A DNA stretch of 53,548 nucleotides, counting the filler, from Diploschistes diacapsis (taxonomy: Eukaryota): NCBI GenBank assembly GCA_023645945.1. It is 4 parts of 4 records of this genome, joined end to end, with 100 filler letters (N's around TTAATTAATTAA, not from the genome) between each part and the next. Parts side by side here need not be neighbours in the genome. Positions count along the whole stretch, not along the records: positions 1 to 13,324 come from JALAIB010000669.1; 3 more parts are not named here. One strand, 5' to 3'. Made by a program: the position numbers and the translations under genes. Below, piece by piece: positions 1 to 11,800 of the stretch; the stretch's first letter is position 1; every line of letters begins with the position of its first letter. The notes below the pieces were generated by a model, which saw only the letters and a list, made by a program, of their open reading frames with translations, had not been told where the DNA came from and did no database searches.

Positions 1-410
1 GGTTCAATGCAAATGCCCTCCTTCGTCACAATGCTGTGTCCGCTTCCATGGTGGCGAAGACGCTTCTCAAAATGAACCTTCGAAGGCACCGCGAACGATC
101 AAGGTGGCTCGCCGCAGTAGCGAGACCAAGGGCCCGAAGACCAGTTCCTGCAGAATGCCTCTGCAGGCCTCGGGGGTCTTTTTCCCTACCTACCCCTCGT
201 ATCTCTCGAGGCTGTGTATCGTATCTCGAGCCCATGGAGCTCTCGAACGGAAGTCGGGCAGTCCTCTTCTTCGGCCGTGGAGAATTCCTCTCTCGACGAC
301 GACGACGCAGGAGAAAAAAAAAAGGACACGCCATCAACGTTTTTTTTGCCCCTCGTAGAAAAATTTTGTTTTATTGAAACGGATAGATGATGGATCATAC
401 ATAGCGTGTC

Positions 411-434
411 TCGTTCGTTCGTTCGTTCGTTCGT
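411..434. repeat. (TCGT)6 tetranucleotide microsatellite
   Basis: tcgttcgttcgttcgttcgttcgt read directly. Confidence 0.9.
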
Positions 435-1797
435 TGCAACCCAACCCGTGCTTCTGTTTCCCCAGGCGCGGTGGATCTTGACGGTAAGTGGCGGGGTCGT
501 TTTCGGGATCCAGCACGATTGTAACTTACTTGGGTGTATTGATGGTATAAAAACTCGGGACTCTTTTTTTTTTTTGGTTTTTGGGGCGGGGGAAATCGAG
601 CTGCTGCTGGTGCGGTATCCCACAAGAGGCTGGACACACACTGAATCGATAATGGGGGGCTGTCGAAGGTAAAGGAGGGAAAGGTAGTGAGTACCTCTCG
701 GTCTCCATGAGAAGAGTAAAATAAAGCAAAGCACTCGGAGGAATATTTCCAAGTCCGCGTGAGTTTCGGGGGGGGGGGAGGCAAAGTCACAGACAAATGA
801 ACAAGGTTTAGATACCCTGTCCCGAAAGTTAGCTGCACACACCGTGCGCGCCCAACTTTGAATATAAATCTTGGACTTTCAAGCATGGATTAGGTAGATG
901 GAGTGACTCGATCTGGGCAAAGGGACAGGACAGCGCAGGGCAAGGTATCCATCCCAATTCCTTTATGATACAGCAATATTTCCCCTGACTGATTCTCTCT
1001 TCCCTGGGTTCCTCCCCTTTCCCACCACCTTGTTCGAGGTCCGTCCAGGACGGGATCCGCATACGCACTAGCAAAGGGCATTTTCCAGTAGCAGCGGGTT
1101 TACCGAATAAAATCTGCTGCAGAGACTTCCATTTCGTGTATCCGCGCTTAGCGGAAGCTGCCTGTGCTTTGTGTGCGTACACGTTCCACTGCTCGAAGGC
1201 GTCGTACCTAGTACGCTCCCCATCACCGCCGCTTCTTGAACTCTCCCAATGAGTTCGCTCCCCAGAGCAAGCAATAGCAGCAATTGGCCAATCAGAAAGA
1301 GAACGACATGCAGACCAGAAAATAAATGGTAGCGTCGACCTCGACTGAAAGCGCGAAAGCAAAGACACAAGAATCGAATAAATCAGGTGTATCTTTCCGG
1401 TTCAAAAAAAACGCCAATGTCCCAGATGATAAGAGGCAAAAAGCCGCTCCTGCAGAGAAAATGCGTGGGCAAAAGATGCCTCTTCAGATGCTTTCATCTT
1501 TCCCTTCTCCCCCATTCTCTCTTGATTCAAATTATTTCCGCTTGGGATTGCTCCCCAGAAGAGAAAAGATGTGAGCCGCGGCCGTAGAATCTTTTGGGTA
1601 TTAGTAATGAGACCCCCGTCGACCAGGAGATCCATGTAGTTTATGCGAAGTATGTTGATACAGTGTCGGCAACTCTATGTTAAGAATACACGAAGCGAAG
1701 GTTAGACGCAACCGAAGATGGACGGCGCATTCACTCTTATTCAGCCAATAGCCGAGCAAGCATGAAAGGTCCGTCTTCCGCCCCCCCCGTCCCCGGT

Positions 1798-4700
1798 TCA
1801 TGCAGCTTCCTCGTCATTCAATGGAGACTTGGATCGCTGGCGTTGAACTGCCGGACGCGCGTTAGTAAGGGATGGAGACGAGGTAGCGGAGGGAGGGGAG
1901 GCTGGATTGTCGTTCGCTTCGTCCGGATTGAGAGATGCAAGAGCACCGCAGGGTTGTTAGCGGCCCAGACAATTATAGAGTTCTGCAAACGTGCTCACCT
2001 GAACGTGTTCGTCCTGCTGCTTGATTCCTTATCTTCCTTCTTCTGAACCTGGACGGGTGGTGTCGCTGTCCTGCTAGAAGACCCAGAGTCTTCGCCGCCG
2101 CGTCCCAGAACGCCAAGGGTTCTTCGAGTATTGGATCCACGGGTGGCGAACACGGAAGGAGGGCCGAAAGATACAGGGCCTTGGGAACTTGGCTGGCGCG
2201 ACGGGCCCCTTCCGAGGCGACGCAGGTCGTCCATACCCACGCTGTTCTGCTGCGGTGGAGGCATCATCGGGTTGCCTGGCATCTGCCGAATATCACCACG
2301 GCCCATGGGCATGCGACCGCCTCCGCGTTTGGAGGCGTCCGCAATGCGCTGGGCCTCTTTCTGACGTTCGACAGCGGCAGCCTTGTTTCGAGTTAGTGAA
2401 TAAGTTTGCGACGAGCGAGAACTCCATTCATACCTGAGCATGGATTTCCTCGAGCGTAGCAGGCCCCTTGGATGCTTCTTTGACTTTCCAGCCTTTTCTT
2501 CGAAGATCCACAATGTCCTACGCAAACGTTAGTCTCCCACTTGATTACTGGGTATTCAGATGCCTTACCATCAGCATGAACTTGAGACGACTTGGCAGCG
2601 CCTCGAGCTTCATCATGTCACTGATACGCTGGAAATAAGCATCCATGCTTGAGCGAGATTTCTCCTCGGTGTCGAGACTGTCGCCGATGGTCTTCAACAG
2701 ACTGGTCAGTGACTCGACCTCTGCTTCATCTGGAATGCCTTCGTAATCGAGTAATCTATGCATGCACATGTGCATAATCCTGCTTGTAAGCATGCCAAGC
2801 TTATAAAGCTCGCCAATGAATTTGACAAGACCAAGTCCACGTCTTTTGGCAGCGGCGGCAGTATAGTACTCGTCAGAAAGCATTGCAGCTTCCTGGCTAT
2901 CGCCTTCGGGCTTGTCCGGAAGCTTCGACTTCCATCCGGCCTCGAAATCCTGCTGACATCGGTTGAGAAGATATTTCCTAAACAGGGTGCTGCCAGCGTT
3001 AACTTTGCCGTTCTTGTCGAGAGCGAGAGTTTCATCTTTGATATCCGCCGTCATGTTGTGCAACATCCGACTGCAAAACTCTGCGTACATCTGCGCCCAA
3101 TGCGACTCATCCGTTGCCTTTTCGAACGTGAGCTGAATGACTTGGCGGAGAGTGCGGCCATCGGTTTCCTTCTTGGATTGCATGACAATGTCAAGAATCT
3201 GTCCAGAAATCTTGTCGAATGTCGTTGGCGTCATTTTATTGAGCGCAGACTTGACCTTTCTCTGCACGACATCAGGAGCCAGGTAGCCGTCTCCTCCAGG
3301 AGGAGGCCCTGCTGCAATAGTACTTGCTTTAACTGAGTGAGGCTTCCATCCGCCAGCACTGACTTCAATTGGCTTGAGATCCTGACCAGCTGTCAACGGC
3401 ATTTTCTGTGCCTCCTTGTCGACATCCCGTCTGCCAGCCTTGCTTCCTCGCTGGGAACCTTTGTGACTGGGATTGTTACGAGGCGACTGCGGATGCCCCA
3501 TAGAAGTAGACGAAGGCGTTCGCTGCATGGATTGGGAAAAAGGTAACCCAAAACTGCCGGATACGCTTGGATTGTACCGCAGACCTCCTGATCCTCCCTT
3601 CGAGGGTTCTCGGTTGGACGCTGCGAAGCGGCCCTCCGAGGTGGTTCCCGGAGGGAGGGTTCTCTGGGCGGCGGCAAACGATCCCATACCAGAGGACTGG
3701 AAAGGATTGTTACTCATGACACTGACCCTCGAAGCGGAACGGGGAGGCATTGTGCTGTTTGGCCCGCGAGGTCGTGCAGAGCCTGGTGTCTCAGAAGTGT
3801 CGCCAACAGTTTCCTTCACTCTATCGCTCCAAGTTTCCGAGGGCTTCTCCGTGAACACGTTCTGGAACTGCATCAGGAAGTTCTTGTCATACCTGAACTT
3901 ACCCATAGGCGCTGCAGAGTTCAACGCGGGGTTAGGGGAGGCGATAGCAGAGGGATAAAGAGCATCATCGATCTTCTGTAGGAATCGAGCAGATCGCAAA
4001 GACTGTAGAGCCGCACTAGGCTGGGGAGGTTCCACCTGTTCCGTCATCTTAAGTTTCAAAGGGTTAGGCTTTTGTTTGGCTTGACCGGTTGCTCTGGGCG
4101 CTGGTGGAGGCATTGACGAGGCATCCGACGTGGGCGTTGCAGCACCGCTGGCTGGAGTATCTGAAGATGCACTTTCAGTGGCTTTGAATGCATTGTCGCT
4201 CTTTTTCAAAGAAGCGAAGAGATCCTTCTTGTTCTTGACGTCTTTCGTTTCCGACTCGTTAGCTTCAAGCCTCTTTAGGCGTTCTTCCTCTCGCGCTTCA
4301 GCGTCTCGCTCGGCTTCCTTCAATTCCTCGTCAAGCTTAGCAGCAGCCTCAGCTTCTTGGCGTGCCTTTTCCTCATCTTTAGCTTTTTTCTTCGCTTGGA
4401 ACTGTGCCTCTCTTTCTTCTTCTCTCCTTCTTTCCTCTGCCTCGTATCGTTCCCAGTACTCGTCGCTATCCTCATGGAGCTCCGGTTCTGCAGGCTCTTC
4501 AGATTCCGTCTTTGGTGCTGCTGCTGGCTCGGCGGGCTTGTCTTCTGGTTGACTCTCGCTCTCGAGCCCCTCGACCTTTTCGGCAATAGCACTGGTTGTG
4601 TCGTCTATCCTGGCTATTTCTGCTTCTGGTGCCTTCGCCTCCACGGTGGCACCGGCCTCGCCGACGGCCGCGGAGTCCTCGCTAACTTTGTCTTCTTCAG

Positions 4701-6703
4701 GACGCTCGGGTTCGACATCCTCTTTATTTCGCTTATCCTTTGCTTCCGCCTCTTGCCGGGCACGCTCCTCTTCGGCCTTGTCCGCAGCAAGCTTGTTGGC
4801 GATGTCTTCTTTGAGTTTCCTCACCATCTCGGAGTTGCTCTGAGCAAGCTTGCTCTCCGTCCGGGTGTGAGATTCCGTACGACTTGGCGTTCGTGGTGGA
4901 GGAGTCGATGCTGAGGAGACAGTTACGGGCGACTTACTTGGAGCAGCCAATGCTGGAGACTCGGGTGCCTTGTCAAAAGTCTTGACCAACCCACTCGTAG
5001 GATCTTTGATCACAATACCGCCTTTTTTTTTAGGGATGCGGAAATCGGTCGATTTAGGCCCGGGGCTGCTGACTGCCCTAGTCTGCTGCGGCTGTTGCTG
5101 CGGCGGCTGCGATTGAAGACTGACCGCAGGAGTCATCGGAGTCTGAGACTGACCAGCGGTTGAAGGCGGAGGCTCGCCTACACCGGAAGGAGTTCGTGAA
5201 ATGGGTTGGGGCTGGCTGTATGGACCGGGAGCATACGGTAGTTGACCGGGCTGGCCTCCGAAAGAAGGGCGCGGAGATGCCGGGTTGTACGGCTGCATAG
5301 GCATGTGTTGCGGCATACTGTAGGGCGCGGCGTAATACTGGTAGCCACCATCGTAGAATTGCATGTGCTGGGTCTGTTTGTGCCTTGTTAGAAACTCTTC
5401 AAACTGACCCGACTCTGGTGATAGTGTCTTTGGCAATGCAATTGGTGCATTGACATTGATAAAGTGCGCAGAAGTGACTAACGGCACGTTCTGCGGCTGG
5501 GTAGGAAATAAAGCATTTGCAGAATGAAATTGAGGATTTACTTGTGGAGGCATCATGTGTGGCGGATACCCAGCATAATGTGGTTGCTGCATTGCTGGGC
5601 TTTGCAAAGGATGCTGCCCGTGCGGATGAACGGGTTGAGTGTGTGCGAGCGCAGGACTGCGACCAGGACCGGGAGAGTGAGGATATGGACCGATCGGGCG
5701 GTTGCCTTGGTTCATGAATGGTGAAGGCATTCCTTGAGCACTTCGCGGTGCACTGGGTACGCTTCGATAGGCCGTGTTTGGTGAATAAGGCATTGACTGA
5801 GACATCTGCTGCGGATGACAGCGCCCACGGCCAGCTTGTTGGTGGTACCCACCTCGCCCAAAATTCATGCTCATACTCCCATTAGCCATATCACTGTTCG
5901 ATTGCTGCGAAGACTCGCGCCTGAGCTGGCTCGACTGTAGCCCAGGGGTGAGTGATCCGCTCGACATGCCGGACATGCTGGCTCGCGATTGCCTCTAAGA
6001 AAATTATCAGTGCTGTAACCTTATCGGATAGCTGAAAGCTTACATTAGAGTCGTCCCCAAGACTGCCGAAGCTCGGTAACCCGTTGCCCTGTGTGTGAAA
6101 ACTTGAAGGAGGCCTTCCACCACTAGCCGCAGGTTGTGGAATCGGAGACGGAGATGTCTGAGGAGAGCTAATCCTTGGGTTTGGTGACGATGCTACGGCG
6201 AGCGTGCTGGGATTGGCTCCGGCGTGAGGGTTGCTGTTGGTGAGGTTGGGCGAAGCGCCAGCATTTATTGAGCCGAATTGGACTGGTATTCCATTGCCCA
6301 TAGCCGATGTCCCGGCCACAGGTCCACCGTTTGGCATTTGACCGCTAGCGCCTGCAGCGCTGATGGTGACAGAAGGCTTGCGACTGTGTTCAAACTGATG
6401 AGATATCGGGCTCACTGCATTATTCCCGTTCACGATGATGGGCCCGCCAAGGGACGGCACGGCGGGAAGAACTGGTCCCTTGCCGTTGGCTGGAGAGATG
6501 GAGTCGGTTTTGCCGTGCGCAGCGCTTTCTGCGTGAGGACCCGTTGTTTGTCCCTTGTGCGTGTTGCCAAAGCTCCGACCAGCAGCAGCTCGTTGCGATA
6601 AAGTCCCGCTGGAGCTTGAAGGTGCAGACACCGGAGCGACGGACTGGGCAGCACTGCTGGGGTTTTGCAAGGGTTTTTGCTGCTGGGTTGGAACGCTTGT
6701 CAT
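1798..6703 (-). CDS. TIF4631: Eukaryotic translation initiation factor 4G (eIF4G). Exons 6703-6044, 5994-5542, 5373-2569, 2517-2434, 2381-1999, 1945-1798; intron 5541-5374 is in-frame and could be retained
   Basis: eIF4E-binding motif YDKNFLM (YxxxxL-hydrophobic); MIF4G domain (VQRKVKSALNKMTP...FEKATDE...RRGLGLVKFIGELYKL...LPSRLKFMLM|DIVDLRRKGW); GT..CTRAY..AG introns of 49-52 nt join the track ORFs in frame; the last intron has an atypical GG end (see findings). Confidence 0.95.
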
Positions 6704-7356
6704 TAATCCGGTTGTGGTGAAGATTCTTGTGCGCGATGGTGTGTTCGTGGGTCTGGCAAGAAAGAGTGACCCACTGGGTGGAACAGGTGCAGGGAAAGCC
6801 AACGGACAATTAGAGCAATGGTTGATGAAAAGAAGGAATTATCGAGTCGACCAGTCGAAACGTGAGTGCGAATTCCCGATGGATATATCGAGAAGGAGAA
6901 TAATAATAAGGAGGATTAGGCTGTTGAGCAAAAGCCTTTTGAACCGCGAAACACCCAGTACCCAAAGGGCAAGTTGTTCCTTCTCTTCCTGTCGTCTTTT
7001 CTTTCTTCAAATATGCACTGAGTGGAGAGTCAAAAAGGATCTCTTGTAGAGATGTCCCTAGTACTTCTTAAAAAAACACCTGAGAAGCAAGGACGCAGTA
7101 TGTGGACTGGTCCTTCTATTGGGGTGTTGAGGTGGAGAAGATTTTGTATAATGATGAAAAAAGTTTCGAGAGGTGAAAAAGTGAGTGAGCGAGAAGGGGG
7201 CGCGGGAGTTTATTTTTTTCTTTCGCCCTGCTCTTTCGTCTTTTTACACCAAAACCGAACTGGAGGGCTGGAGCAGAGCGGGAACAGCCGGTAGATACTT
7301 ACTAGATATACTGTACACAACAACACACTGTATCTACTCTACAAGAGATCTAATTT

Positions 7357-7406
7357 TCTTCATCTTCATCTTCATCTTCATCTCCATCTCCATCTTCATC
7401 TCCATC
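7357..7406. repeat. Imperfect (TCTTCA/TCTCCA)n hexanucleotide repeat in the eIF4G/POL1 divergent intergenic region
   Basis: tcttcatcttcatcttcatcttcatctccatctccatcttcatctccatc read directly. Confidence 0.85.
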
Positions 7407-8357
7407 ATTTTTATCTATATCTACCCACCCACCCTCTTCTGAACCAGATTTCTTTCTGCGTTGTTTCTGCTTCTGCATGATTATTTCGCGTGCATGTATA
7501 CATACTACTTCCTCCGTAGCTCCGTTTGTGGCCCGCGCCAACTATGAATCGGCCCAAACGTTGGAGCAGTTCACTTGTCATTTGCTACATCGGGCCCATT
7601 ACCTTTTCAGTTCGCTTCCAATTCGCCCTTCCCAAAGAAAGGGATGTTAAGGCTCTGCGTTGCACGCCGTGCATTGCACAATCCCACTTTTACGCCCTCG
7701 CTCGTGGCTTCCGGTCATGCTTGACACACGACTAGTACGGGCACAGCATCTCTATCGATTGGCTGTGCCAGACGCTTGTTTCTTCAGGGACATGGCTGAT
7801 GGCGGAAATCTGGAAAGGTCATAGGAGTATCACGGGGTGTTCATAAGTACTGCTGCTATAATGATAACACTGTGTGTCGGTGTGAGAGACGAGTCATGGT
7901 ATTGCCGCTAATCATACATAATCATCTCATCGGCTCCGAAAAGGCTGGAGAGGTAGTTGTGCCTTGTACTCACCCATAATCTTCAACATTGAATCTGCTT
8001 CCCTTCGATAAAGGTCCCCACGAGCACAACCACAACGTAGAATGACGAATGACGAATAATCGCACTGCGAAATCCGGGTAGTACATGGCGTGGGTTTGTT
8101 CTGAAGGTAGCAAGTTTGTACGAGCACAGCACTCCAGGGCGTGAACGCTGCAGTATTAGGCCGCTTTAGCGAATCCCGCCTATAAGCAAAGCCGTTCACC
8201 CATCAGAAGAGAGAGCCGTTCGGCACAAGGCTGGCTAGATGGTGGCACCGGCAGTGGTGGTGGTGGTGGTAGAGGACACAACAGTGGAAAGGCTGTTGAA
8301 GAATCATAGCAAATCCCCCCCTGCTCTCCCATCATGCTCTGTCATCACTCTTCACTT

Positions 8358-8381
8358 CCCTAAACCCTAAACCCTAAACCC
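8358..8381 (+). repeat. Interstitial telomere-like repeat (CCCTAAA)3CCC, i.e. TTTAGGG on the minus strand
   Basis: ccctaaaccctaaaccctaaaccc about 430 nt upstream of the POL1 ATG. Confidence 0.8.
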
Positions 8382-8568
8382 CGGGACATTCCTCATTTGG
8401 AGGCCCTTAACCCCGGAGTGACTATATCCGGATGTGACAAATCCCCCCCATCTTCTACACACAACAACCCATTCTCATTGTGGTCCCCGGCTCGCCCCCG
8501 CTGGGAATCGCCATGAACGGTGGGCGACAACGTCTGGCAACTAGCTAGCCCCCCGGAGTGAGTAAGAA

Positions 8569-8599
8569 TCGCGTTTCAATTCGCGCGAGCGAAACGCGA
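8569..8599. promoter_or_regulatory. Cluster of CGCG-core (MCB/SCB-like) cell-cycle elements upstream of POL1
   Basis: TCGCGTTTC (8569-8577) and GAAACGCGA (8591-8599) form a perfect 9-bp inverted repeat around the palindrome TCGCGCGA (8581-8588); MBF-type CGCG elements are established G1/S regulators of fungal DNA replication genes. Confidence 0.65.
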
Positions 8600-8808
8600 C
8601 GTCTCAGTCAGTCACGTCTCCTTCACGTACGTGTAGAGTTAGAAACGCTCATTACGCCTTTCCTTTGCTCCCAACCTCTTGACCCCGAGTACACATTCGT
8701 TGGCGGTCCTTCCAACCCATCCTATATCTCAAAGCTTGTCACTTCCATGAGTATAATTTAGTAGTCTATTGTACCTCAAAAGGCTCTTTTCGAGCCGACC
8801 AGCCCACA

Positions 8809-11800
8809 ATGTCTCGCGCAGCACGTCTTGCGGAGCTTCGCGCTCTGCGTCAGGCCGGCAAGACAGCATTCTCAACCTACCAAGTCAAGGAAGCCGAAGA
8901 TATCTACGACGAAGTCGATGAAGATGGATACAAGAAAAAGGTTCGCGAGCGTCTGGATCGAGACGACTTCGTTATCGACGACAATGGCGCTGGCTACGCC
9001 GACGATGGCCGAGAGGAGCTGGATGGGAGGCATTATGATAGCATGACGGAGAGCGAAGAAGAGATCCCGCTCAAGGGCAAAGCCGGTACGTTACCTCACT
9101 GGATCGGGCTTGTTTTTCGGCCTAACCATGGCCCTAGCCAAGAGGAAGCGCGAAGAAGAAAAGGAAAAGATGGAAAAGGCAAACAACAGCATCAACAAAT
9201 ACTTCAATAGCAACTCTAGCGCCCAGATTCCGAGAACGAAGCCTAAAGTAAAACGCCACAACCGCTTCTCTATTGCATTGCTAATTGCCCTCGTAGATTG
9301 CCATCAAGGCGGACGATGTGGCCTTCATGGCAGACATCCTCGGCGAAGTAGATGCGGCTGCAGTTTCCAGCCGTCTGGCTCCAACGAAGACTATCAAGAG
9401 CGAAAACAGGCGCAAAGTACGCATTCTCTCTCCACCAATCGAAGCAGCGCCGAAGCACGTCAGGGGCAAAGCCGCCGTCCCTGCCACGCCACATACTCCT
9501 GACGAGAATGCAATGGAGGACGACGATACGGTCTTACCTCCACTCGACAATGAGGACGTGATGATGAGTGATCCTGCACCGTCGTCACCCATCTCGAAAG
9601 CCGTTGAGCGTAAGATCAAAGCTGCCGCTGAAGTAGAAGACGAGGACGACGATGCCATAGAGGTCTCTCAGGCGGTGGGTAACCATGGCGTTAAAGGCAC
9701 CAGCGTCAACATCTCTGGGTCTCGACCTGCTCCCAAGATCATCAAGAAAGAGCCTCCTTATCCTACCCCAGAAAGCTCTTCTCCCACCAGACCACCAGCA
9801 GATACTGTTGATGCTTCGGCCTGGAACAATGTCACGGCCAAGTTGAATGTTCTGAGCAGCTCGGGAGAAACCGCGTCTTATGGCAAGGTCAAGGTTGACG
9901 ATGCAATCGAAGCGGATGGAAGCATCCGTATGTTCTGGACTGATTACACAGAAGTCAACGGCAGCTTGTGTCTGTTCGGTAAGGTCAGGGTGAAGAGCTC
10001 TGGGAAATTTGTTAGTGCTTTTACAAAAGTCGACAACATATTGCGCAAGCTGTATTTCTTGCCACGAACTTACAGAAGAAGTAAGCCGTCCCCACGAAGT
10101 ATATCTAGCTTGGCTAATTTATGGGAGAAAATGGTCGTGACACGACAGAGGAAGTGGGAATGGAAGACGTGTATGAAGAGGTCGACGGTATCCTTACGAA
10201 ACAGCGAGTTGGCACGCACAAGATCAAACCCTGCCAAAGAAAGTATGCTTTCGAGAAAGCAGACATTCCTAAAGATGCTGAGTATCTGAAGTGCTTGTAT
10301 CCATACGACAGTAAGTGGAAGCAAAATCCAGCAGGAAGTTTGACTGACTGTGTTTGAAGAACCTGCCCTACCTATCGATCTTCATGGTGACACTTTCTCT
10401 ACGGTGTTTGGCACTAATACCGCTCTCTTTGAACAATTTGTTCTATGGAAAAATATCATGGGTCCCTGTTGGTTGAAGATTGACGCAGGAGCATTTGCTC
10501 CTGTTGGCAATGCTTCATGGTGCAAGCTTGAACTATCAGTGGCAGATCCGAAGGCAATTGCTCCCCTATCGGATTCGGACAATCTTGATGCTCCGCCACT
10601 TACATTCATGAGTTTGTCTTTCCGAACCACCTTGAATGTCAAGGAGAACAAACAGGAGATGCTAGCCGTGAGCGCGAGAGTCTACGAGAACACCCTGCTT
10701 ACCGACACTACGCCAGCGGACAAGCTACCGTGCAAGTCCTTCACTATCATCAGGCCAATCGAGCAATCCTTTCCTATCGGATTCGATGCAGCCTGTAAAA
10801 AGCAGCGCAGCACGATATGGTTAGAAAAGAGTGAGCAAATGTTGCTCGCTAGATTTCTTGCTATGCTTGAGAAAATAGACCCGGATGTCCTTATGGGTCA
10901 CGGATTGCAAGACGTAGATTATCCGGTGCTACTCAGCCGGATGAAGGAGAGGAAGACTCACAAATGGCATCGAATCGGTCGGCTACAGCGAAGCGACTGG
11001 CCCAAGTCGATGGGCAAGGGCGGCGGTAGCTTCTTCGCTGAGAGACAACTGGTCGCTGGTCGTCTGCTCTGCGATATCGCCAATGACATGGGCAAGTCTC
11101 TGATGACAAAGTGTCAGTCCTGGAGCATGACGGAGATGTGCTCTCTATATCTCGGAGATGGAGCAATTAGGCAGGAGATCGACAATGAGGTGGCGTTGAA
11201 GACCTGGGCAACCACTCGAGAAGGGCTCCTCAATTATGTCAATCACTGCGAGGCCGACACCTACTTCATTGCTGCAATTGCACTCCGCGTGCAAATGCTG
11301 CCTCTTTCCAAGGTTCTTACTAACCTTGCCGGTAACTCCTGGGCAAGGACGCTTAGCGGCACTCGAGCAGAGAGAAACGAGTACATTCTTCTCCATGAGT
11401 TCCACAAGAACAAGTACATTTGCCCGGACAAGGTCTACGGTAAGAGTAAGCAAAAGAACGAAGATGAGCTAGCTGAAGGTGAAGACGGTGTCGATGCCAA
11501 GAAAAAGGACAAGTACAAGGGAGGTCTTGTCTTCGAACCGGAAAAGGGGCTGTATGACAAGTTCATCCTTGTCATGGACTTCAACAGTTTGTACCCCAGC
11601 ATCATCCAGGAGTACAATATCTGTTTCACCACAGTGGATAGGACGGAAGTGGTAAGTCGGCTAGGACAGTGTTAGTACTTTTCTAACTCTGTTATAGGGT
11701 GACGAGGAGGAAAAGGTCCCGGAAGTCCCCACGGATCAGGATCAGGGCATCCTGCCCAAGCTCATTGCAACATTGGTCAAGCGCAGACGAGAAGTCAAGA

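Noticed and set aside
829..1370. Minus-strand ORFs of 179 and 100 aa as possible extra eIF4G exons or a separate gene
   Set aside because: No recognisable domain and non-ATG starts; a plausible eIF4G C-terminus already exists at 1945-1798, so this is probably 3' UTR or intergenic
2758..4914. Long plus-strand ORFs antisense to eIF4G (similar ones lie opposite POL1, OAT, GPI10 and the ankyrin gene)
   Set aside because: Shadow ORFs expected from GC-rich codon usage; no independent protein features
6774..7302. Possible 5' UTR intron of eIF4G (CTAAT branch, pyrimidine tract, CAG at 6776-6774)
   Set aside because: The acceptor looks plausible but no donor could be assigned confidently without transcript data
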